Shown here piece by piece: positions 58,065 to 64,000 of a stretch of DNA of 64,000 bases (within the stretch, counting starts at the first letter, position 1; the number at the start of each line of letters is the position of its first letter). Source of the DNA: a virus (Duplodnaviria > Caudoviricetes); the IMG/VR virus record IMGVR_UViG_3300033070_001518, positions 16,412 through 80,411 of that record, one strand, 5' to 3'. A program made the translations under genes and the position numbers. The notes under the pieces are model-generated. The model was not told where the DNA came from, made no database searches, and saw only the letters and a list, made by a program, of their open reading frames with translations.

Positions 58065-59162
58065 TTCTGGAACGTATTGAATTCTTATGTGTTCATTTTT
58101 TAGTATTTCTGACATGAAGTCATTATAATTAATAGCTCCTTGGATTCTTAGTTGTCCCTTCGTATCTCTTTTGAATCTTATTTTTATCTCGCTTGTTTCG
58201 AATATATCTATATACTCTTGCCTATATGATAACCAATTCGATTCAGTTTCTTCTGTTCTCTCCCCCTTGAGTCTGAATTTAGAGAGATCTTTGTACATAT
58301 TTTCTATTCTTGCAAATATTTCTGGATTATTTATGTCTGGGAGATATAATTTCCATTTCCAAACAGGCATCAAAATTAAATATTCTAAATTTACTTTTTT
58401 ATCCCCATCATGAAATCCCACGACTAGCATAAATTTGTCAATTTTATCTTGAACCATTTCAAGTTCTCCATCTTTAAAAATAAGACCAGAAATTCTCTTA
58501 AAATCACCCATATCAATACTAGATTTTGTTTTGGAACATTTTATGTTCCAAAACATATTCAATTTGAATTCATTGCTCAACATGTCCCAATTTATGTGTT
58601 CTATTTTATCTTCATCCACAGATACTATGGATTTATAATCAGTACCATTGAAATATTGAATATTAGATGGGAGTCTAGATTCTAAATAAAATTTATCCAA
58701 ATTTCCTTCAGCGTCCCATTTTCCAGTTTGGATGAGCTTTTTTAATTTATTCATTCTTTTAACTTCTCCCTCATACGCAAATCCATGCGTTTGTCGAGCT
58801 CTTTTTGTTGAACTAGAATTCTTTTCAAATACATATAGATATAATTCTTTTCCATCTACCTCTAATTTGGATTCTTCTATCATATATCCCCTATGATCTT
58901 TAACTTCATCATTGAAGTATATTTTATTTTTGATATCCTTAGATGATTTTCTTAATCTGAATAATTTTGGAACATCATCGATCGGAACAATGGAAACAAA
59001 CATAGCGTGAGCTAATGAATCAAATTTATAAGTGGACATCCATTTTTTTATTTGGAATGGTGAGTATATACCATACTCAAAAAGATCGTCAATTCTAAAT
59101 TTTCTTTGGAATATATATAGCTTTTTCTCAAGAATAAATTTAGAGTAGTTTTTTAAATTCAT
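58053..59162 (-). CDS. Putative PD-(D/E)xK restriction-like endonuclease with CTS-like leader
   Basis: QTHGFAYE...KWDA...WNIK...SIDMGD..RI...RFKRD...Q.RIQGAI; MNLKNYSKFILEKK; convergent with and overlapping the MTase. Confidence 0.6.
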   Translation of the reverse strand: MNLKNYSKFILEKKLYIFQRKFRIDDLFEYGIYSPFQIKKWMSTYKFDSLAHAMFVSIVPIDDVPKLFRLRKSSKDIKNKIYFNDEVKDHRGYMIEESKLEVDGKELYLYVFEKNSSSTKRARQTHGFAYEGEVKRMNKLKKLIQTGKWDAEGNLDKFYLESRLPSNIQYFNGTDYKSIVSVDEDKIEHINWDMLSNEFKLNMFWNIKCSKTKSSIDMGDFKRISGLIFKDGELEMVQDKIDKFMLVVGFHDGDKKVNLEYLILMPVWKWKLYLPDINNPEIFARIENMYKDLSKFRLKGERTEETESNWLSYRQEYIDIFETSEIKIRFKRDTKGQLRIQGAINYNDFMSEILKNEHIRIQYVPESEE

Positions 59163-59194
59163 TACCATATATATAATTATATGATATTAGAATT

Positions 59195-59674
59195 TCAATT
59201 CGGCTTAAGTATTCTATTGGTGTATTTAAGAAATGAATACCCGAATTGATTTTTTTCATCAGCTTTGTGATAACTCGCCTCAACCAACATCCACCTCCCA
59301 TCTATTTCCGGAAATATAGTATCTCCTTCAAATTTACTGTGAATAAGAGTTGCTAGTATTTCATGAGAATCATTTAATAGTTCTTTGTATATTTGACCAC
59401 CGCCTATTATGAATATATCCTCATTTAGATTTCTAACTTGATTGATATTCATAGTCTCAATTCCTTTATATTGAGTATTTGAAATAATAATATTTCGTCT
59501 TTTTGGTAATTTCTTTCCAATAGAGTCAAATGTTTTTCGACCCATTACTACTGTACTATTTTGTGTTATCTCTCTGAATCTCTTAAGATCTGAAGATTGA
59601 TTCCAAAGAAGCTTATTGTTGTTTCCTATAATTTTATTTAGAGAATAGGCAACTACTATTGTTCGTTTTGGCAT
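59195..59674 (-). CDS. folA: Dihydrofolate reductase
   Basis: IG.NN.L.W....DL.RF, VVMGRKTF.SI...LP.R.NII, IIGGG.IY, GDT.FP. Confidence 0.95.
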   Translation of the reverse strand: MPKRTIVVAYSLNKIIGNNNKLLWNQSSDLKRFREITQNSTVVMGRKTFDSIGKKLPKRRNIIISNTQYKGIETMNINQVRNLNEDIFIIGGGQIYKELLNDSHEILATLIHSKFEGDTIFPEIDGRWMLVEASYHKADEKNQFGYSFLKYTNRILKPN

Positions 59675-59946
59675 AATTGATGAATTTTTCTTTCCCTTCT
59701 TAATTCCCTAATTCCATCTTTTGTAAGAAATATGTATTCAGGTTTCTTTTTAAGAATTTTTTGAATAACAGAGAGCTTACATTTACATTCATCTGTAATG
59801 ACTTTGCGTCCGTGTGTCCATTGGTGTAGGTTCTGTGTGATTTTCTCAATTGGGACTCCACATAAACATTTTTTACAATATGGAAGACATGATCCCCAAA
59901 TATTATAAACTCGATTTTTATCTAGAGGACCTGTTGAAATTGATAT
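59656..59946 (-). CDS. Unannotated 96-aa ORF without canonical start, with shared C-terminal motif
   Basis: Open from ATA directly after the prs TAA: ISISTGPLDKNRVYNIWG...CKKCLCG...RRERKIHQLCQNEQ*. Confidence 0.5.
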   Translation of the reverse strand: MSISTGPLDKNRVYNIWGSCLPYCKKCLCGVPIEKITQNLHQWTHGRKVITDECKCKLSVIQKILKKKPEYIFLTKDGIRELRRERKIHQLCQNEQ

Positions 59947-60867
59947 TTAAATTGTATTAATTTCATGAATACTCTTTTTCTCAGATATAGCCGAAATTGA
60001 TTTTGCGATCATATTTGCACAACTTATTATCGTTATTTTTTCTGATTTTTTTTCCTGTATAATAGTATCTGATATTATCAGTTCAGTTATTTTGGATGAT
60101 TCTAAATTTGATATAGCTGATCCACTTAGAATTCCATGTGTTGTTATTGCTCTAACAGATCTAGCTCCAGACGACATGATTAATTCGGAGGCCTTTTTGA
60201 GGGTCCCTAGAGTGTCTGCCATATCATCAACTACAATAACATTTTTATCTTTTACATCACCAACCAATTCCATTGAGTGAATCTCATTTGGTTTGATTCT
60301 TTTTTTATTTATCATAGTAAAAGTTGCATCTGGGAATGATTTGCAAAAATCTGATGCTCTCCGAACAGCTCCCTGATCTGGAGCTAAAATACATATATTG
60401 TCGAGTTTTAGATTTCGTATATGATCTAAAAATATTTTATTTCCGTTTAGATGGATTACGGGCACACTATAAAATCCTTGTATTGCAGATGCGTGTAAAT
60501 CAATTGATATTATGCCTGTCATTCCAACTTTTTCTAATATATCGGCTAGCATTTTAGATCCAATAGAGGATCGGAGATGATCTGACTTATCTTGTCTAGA
60601 ATATCCCATATAGGGTGATACAAGAGTAAATGATCTACACCCCGATCTTTTTGCAGCATCTATAACTAATAATGTCTCGATTATTAAGTCCGATGAGCTA
60701 GTATTGGTTATAAAGAAAACATCCTCTCCTCTTATTGACTCTCTAAATAGAGGCAATATTTCACCGTCGGAAAATCTATCTATTTGAATTTTTCCCAAAG
60801 ATGATCCAAGAATGATCGTGATTTCTTCAGCAAGTTTTTGACTTTGTGATCCAGAAAATATTTTCAT
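59947..60867 (-). CDS. prs: Ribose-phosphate pyrophosphokinase (PRPP synthetase)
   Basis: FSDGEI, YMGYSRQDK, DLHA..IQGFY, PDQGA, KKR, VDDMADTLGTL, THGILSG. Confidence 0.95.
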   Translation of the reverse strand: MKIFSGSQSQKLAEEITIILGSSLGKIQIDRFSDGEILPLFRESIRGEDVFFITNTSSSDLIIETLLVIDAAKRSGCRSFTLVSPYMGYSRQDKSDHLRSSIGSKMLADILEKVGMTGIISIDLHASAIQGFYSVPVIHLNGNKIFLDHIRNLKLDNICILAPDQGAVRRASDFCKSFPDATFTMINKKRIKPNEIHSMELVGDVKDKNVIVVDDMADTLGTLKKASELIMSSGARSVRAITTHGILSGSAISNLESSKITELIISDTIIQEKKSEKITIISCANMIAKSISAISEKKSIHEINTI

Positions 60868-61187
60868 AGTATTTGATCTAATTTTATTTCTCTTTTTATC
60901 TGATCTGGTAAACTTTCATAGTTCCATGTTTCTTCCGACCAATCCCATGTGTAGTTTTTATCCTCTTTTCCAGTTATGTATGACCATTTTGATATAGCTT
61001 TTGATTCTACTCTTTTAGTAGAATAGTCTATAAGTTTTACAAATACCCTTACTTCGGTCACTTCTCCGGACCCATGACTAATTGAACCATTGAATTGATA
61101 GATTTTTCTTAAATCTGTTTGATTTAAGAGTTCATAGGTTTTAAATTTTAATTTTATAATATTGATGAGTTTTGAAAATATTTTCAT
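60864..61187 (-). CDS. Hypothetical protein with shared C-terminal motif
   Basis: Ends IKREIKLDQIL. Confidence 0.6.
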   Translation of the reverse strand: MKIFSKLINIIKLKFKTYELLNQTDLRKIYQFNGSISHGSGEVTEVRVFVKLIDYSTKRVESKAISKWSYITGKEDKNYTWDWSEETWNYESLPDQIKREIKLDQIL

Positions 61188-61393
61188 AATTTATCGTGTA
61201 ATGTTATTACTTTATAGGCTTCTTCTTTATTAATTGAATTTTGAAAATACTCTAAGTGTTTATTTTTTTTCACTTCTAGTACCGCAGTTGCGTAATCCAT
61301 TATGGATATATTCATGAGTTTACTTTCCTTAAATACTTTTGAGAATATTTCAATTCCATCCTCATCAATTGCAGATATTTTTAATGATTTCAT
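61184..61393 (-). CDS. Small hypothetical protein
   Basis: 69 aa, overlaps both neighbours. Confidence 0.55.
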   Translation of the reverse strand: MKSLKISAIDEDGIEIFSKVFKESKLMNISIMDYATAVLEVKKNKHLEYFQNSINKEEAYKVITLHDKL

Positions 61394-61950
61394 TTTTCTA
61401 AAATTTGTCTTTCGTTTTCTAGGTTACGATTATTGGCCATTTCTGATGAAAAAATATCTTTATATCTACCTTTATCCCCCATTAATTTATCGATATTTTT
61501 GTCAAATGATTTTTGAATATCGATATCATAGCAATTGGCATAGTCTGATATATTCATCATTATAATTTTTGTTAGGGAAATAAATTTATCAAAATCAATT
61601 TCTCTATTATAATAGATTTTTTTCTTCATAATATCTAGTAATTTTAATGATTCCTTTATAATCATTATTATAATTTTCTCTGGATTTTCATTCTTAGTCT
61701 TAAATACCAAAGATGGAAATTCTAAATTAAATTCTCTTCCTAGAATAGCTAAATACCAGGTAACATCTCCAATTTCTTCTAGAATATTCACTGGGTCTAG
61801 AACTTTATCTTCCGAATAATTGTCTAGTATTTCTTCTGTCTCTGTTAAAATTCCAATAATTCCATGTAGAAGTTTTTCAATTTTGTATCCACAATGAAAT
61901 TCTGTTGATAGTGTTTTTTCCGAAATTTCTAAATATTTTTCCCAATTCAT
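61390..61950 (-). CDS. MazG-like NTP pyrophosphohydrolase
   Basis: LLHG.IG..TE..E.LD...EE.GD..WYLA, a partial internal repeat, N..KL..RY. Confidence 0.8.
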   Translation of the reverse strand: MNWEKYLEISEKTLSTEFHCGYKIEKLLHGIIGILTETEEILDNYSEDKVLDPVNILEEIGDVTWYLAILGREFNLEFPSLVFKTKNENPEKIIIMIIKESLKLLDIMKKKIYYNREIDFDKFISLTKIIMMNISDYANCYDIDIQKSFDKNIDKLMGDKGRYKDIFSSEMANNRNLENERQILEK

Positions 61951-62029
61951 TGAATTTTTGGTGTTTTTTATTTATATCCATTTTGGAGGACTTGTTTGGA
62001 AATATATACATAAATAGATTTTAGATAAA

Positions 62030-64000
62030 GTGGCTTGTGGCTGTTGCTCTTATATAATATATCAAGATCCTGTACCTCCTGTGGGGATTTCCATTGGTTT
62101 GGATGTCAATGATTCCACTTGGGCTCTACCTGGGTCAATAATTTATATTTTTGACCCTAATAATGTTTCTAACATTGGATATTTTATTGTTATGGAGCCT
62201 TCTCCGAATTCAAATATAATCATTGCTCAGAATTTAGGATATACGGGAAATGCTCCTGTTAACACTCCAATATTTCCGGGATATTTGGTTTGTTTAGCTT
62301 CTTATCCTGGTCTGATAGATTTTGGAGGTGGTTCTGGACCTCAGGGAGTGACTGGTTCTCAGGGCCCTCAAGGACGTCAAGGATTCCAAGGACGTCAAGG
62401 ATTCCAAGGACGTCAAGGATTCCAAGGCTTGCAGGGATTTCAAGGATTCCAAGGCTTGCAGGGATTTCAAGGAAATCAAGGATTCCAAGGTTTTCAAGGA
62501 TCTATTGGTGGTGGAACTGGATCAACTGGATCAACTGGGTATCAAGGATTTCAAGGGATTGATGGGTATCAAGGATTGCAAGGCCCGGTTGCTTTTGCTC
62601 AAGATGGTTTGACTGGTGGTCAGGGTTTCCAAGGATTTCAAGGTCTTCAAGGTCTCCAAGGCATAACAGGTCCAACAGGTCTTCAAGGTTTCCAAGGTCT
62701 TCAAGGACTTCAAGGTTTTCAAGGATTTCAAGGCATAACTGGTCCAACAGGCAATCAAGGCTTCCAAGGTCTTCAAGGTTTCCAAGGTTTCCAAGGTCTT
62801 CAAGGAATAACTGGACCAACAGGCAATCAGGGTCTTCAAGGCAATCAGGGTCTTCAAGGCAATCAGGGTCTTCAAGGCAATCAGGGTCTTCAAGGTTTCC
62901 AAGGTCTTCAGGGTTTCCAAGGTTTCCAAGGTTTCCAAGGCAATCAAGGTCTTCAAGGGTATCAGGGTTTCCAAGGTTTCCAAGGCAATCAAGGTCTTCA
63001 AGGCATAACAGGTCCAACAGGCAATCAGGGTTTCCAAGGTCTTCAAGGTCTCCAAGGCAATCAAGGTCTTCAAGGGTATCAGGGTTTCCAAGGACTTCAG
63101 GGATTTCAAGGACGTCAAGGCATAACTGGTCCAACAGGCAATCAGGGTTTCCAAGGTCTTCAAGGTTTCCAAGGTTTCCAAGGTCTTCAAGGAATAACTG
63201 GTCCAACAGGCAATCAGGGATTCCAAGGACTTCAGGGCTTCCAAGGTTTCCAAGGTTTCCAAGGTCTTCAAGGAATAACTGGTCCAACAGGCAATCAGGG
63301 ATTCCAAGGACTTCAGGGCTTCCAAGGTTTCCAAGGTTTCCAAGGATCTACAGGAATAGCAGGTGGATGGACTCTTTTTTATGATACTATTACTGATGGT
63401 TCTTTATTTGTTCCTGATGGATTTTTAGTTTTTGATTTTCCATTTTTCTCCGGTGTGACCAAAATTGGAATAAGTGATAATGATTATTTTGGAAACGATA
63501 TAGATAATTCAAATACAGTATTGACATCTTTAAGATCGACTATTTTAAATGGATCAGGAAGATTTGGTATAAAGATATTCCTAGTTGATAATCCAGCGAT
63601 ATGTTGGTTTTACACAGGTGGCTCAAATATAACTATTACCAATTTTGAAGGTATTAAGCTTTTAGATGTACTTTATGTAGGTGGATCTGATTCTACTTTT
63701 GATTTGATTTTGGGTCCAGGTCAATTGGTTGGTATTTCCTTTATGCTTCCAAATGGCCCAACTGGTCTTCAAGGCATAACTGGTCCAACAGGCAATCAAG
63801 GATTCCAAGGTCTTCAGGGTCTTCAGGGTTTCCAAGGTCTCCAAGGCATAACTGGACCAACAGGCAATCAAGGTTTTCAAGGTTTTCAAGGATTTCAAGG
63901 CATAACTGGTCCAACAGGTAATCAAGGCTTCCAAGGACTTCAAGGTTTCCAAGGACTTCAGGGATTCCAAGGTTTCCAAGGACTTCAGGGATTCCAAGGT
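62030..64000 (+). CDS. Collagen-like fibre protein (runs off right edge)
   Basis: GTG 62030, open to the window end; Cys-rich N-domain (MACGCC), Gly-X-Gln / GITGPT triplets, and an intervening globular domain at ~63360-63750. Confidence 0.9.
   Translation, partial: MACGCCSYIIYQDPVPPVGISIGLDVNDSTWALPGSIIYIFDPNNVSNIGYFIVMEPSPNSNIIIAQNLGYTGNAPVNTPIFPGYLVCLASYPGLIDFGGGSGPQGVTGSQGPQGRQGFQGRQGFQGRQGFQGLQGFQGFQGLQGFQGNQGFQGFQGSIGGGTGSTGSTGYQGFQGIDGYQGLQGPVAFAQDGLTGGQGFQGFQGLQGLQGITGPTGLQGFQGLQGLQGFQGFQGITGPTGNQGFQGLQGFQGFQGLQGITGPTGNQGLQGNQGLQGNQGLQGNQGLQGFQGLQGFQGFQGFQGNQGLQGYQGFQGFQGNQGLQGITGPTGNQGFQGLQGLQGNQGLQGYQGFQGLQGFQGRQGITGPTGNQGFQGLQGFQGFQGLQGITGPTGNQGFQGLQGFQGFQGFQGLQGITGPTGNQGFQGLQGFQGFQGFQGSTGIAGGWTLFYDTITDGSLFVPDGFLVFDFPFFSGVTKIGISDNDYFGNDIDNSNTVLTSLRSTILNGSGRFGIKIFLVDNPAICWFYTGGSNITITNFEGIKLLDVLYVGGSDSTFDLILGPGQLVGISFMLPNGPTGLQGITGPTGNQGFQGLQGLQGFQGLQGITGPTGNQGFQGFQGFQGITGPTGNQGFQGLQGFQGLQGFQGFQGLQGFQG
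62336..63357 (+). repeat. Imperfect 9-nt tandem coding repeat, block 1 (GGN-NNN-CAR)
   Basis: ggtttccaa / ggtcttcaa / ggcaatcag units with recurring ggcataactggtccaaca. Confidence 0.95.
63755..64000 (+). repeat. Collagen coding repeat, block 2
   Basis: Same units resume after the globular insert. Confidence 0.95.

Noticed and set aside
59947-60867. NARP1-type NAD+ reconstitution pathway (Adps)
   Set aside because: The protein looks like a canonical full-length Prs and no Namat/NAMPT-like partner is present in the window; the NadR-like ATPase is ~9 kb away.
2115-61565. Numerous 60-230 aa track ORFs antisense or out of frame to recognised genes (e.g. 3751, 21643, 22435, 44160, 54921)
   Set aside because: Fully overlap well-supported genes, have no motifs and show the composition of shadow frames; 54921-55127 is antisense to the Pth2-like gene.
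62290-63997. Track ORFs 62290-62562, 62294-62497, 62502-63287, 62531-63343, 63662-63997
   Set aside because: Off-frame and antisense shadows of the 9-nt collagen repeat.
1-64000. Genome-wide TAG reassignment (code 15-type) suggested by the CUA tRNA
   Set aside because: Long conserved genes are uninterrupted in code 11, and TAG ends genes at natural positions (e.g. 27572, 37282, 38417, 39925, 42469); only two genes need read-through.
62336-64000. CRISPR array or non-coding satellite
   Set aside because: Units are 9-nt, degenerate at third codon positions and keep a Gly-X-Y frame; there are no unique spacers and no cas genes.
1-64000. Impression that GATC and CTAG are frequent, hinting at MTase targets
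   Set aside because: Not quantified; needs observed/expected k-mer counts under a Markov model, which I cannot run.

Overview
AT-rich, gene-dense segment of a very large T4-like tailed phage. It carries a T4 gp13-like neck protein, a tail-tube-fold protein, T4-type RNase H and RNA ligase 1, and T4-type capsid-targeting leaders. A Bacteroidota host is inferred from TAnnTTTG promoter boxes, A-rich start regions without Shine-Dalgarno motifs, and host-like ClpC/DnaK/NusG/Prs. Contents: (i) a ~22 kb minus-strand glycan-synthesis operon (GT2, GT6, GT10, GT11 x3, GT17, exostosin-like, nucleotide-sugar enzymes, O- and C-methyltransferases) that also contains an N-domain-less ClpC; (ii) a DnaK/DnaJ/GrpE set; (iii) replication and nucleotide-metabolism genes, NusG, two DNA methyltransferases and several nucleases; (iv) the start of a collagen-like fibre gene running off the right edge. 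The best candidate for an undescribed system is at 54325-55386. There an atypical CUA-anticodon (amber suppressor) tRNA lies directly upstream of a Pth2-like peptidyl-tRNA hydrolase gene with an in-frame TAG at codon 3 (missed by the ORF track) and an HD-domain gene with an in-frame TAG at codon 4, although the rest of the window reads in the standard code. Three other cross-window patterns were seen: 14 proteins with a T4 internal-protein-like N-terminal leader (including an RNA ligase, an HNH nuclease and a restriction-like nuclease), a TATATA-N4-5-ATG element in front of most of them, and 10 unrelated small proteins ending in a shared R-x-x-K-[IL]-x-x-[IL] motif. All family calls come from motif recognition by eye; no searches were run.
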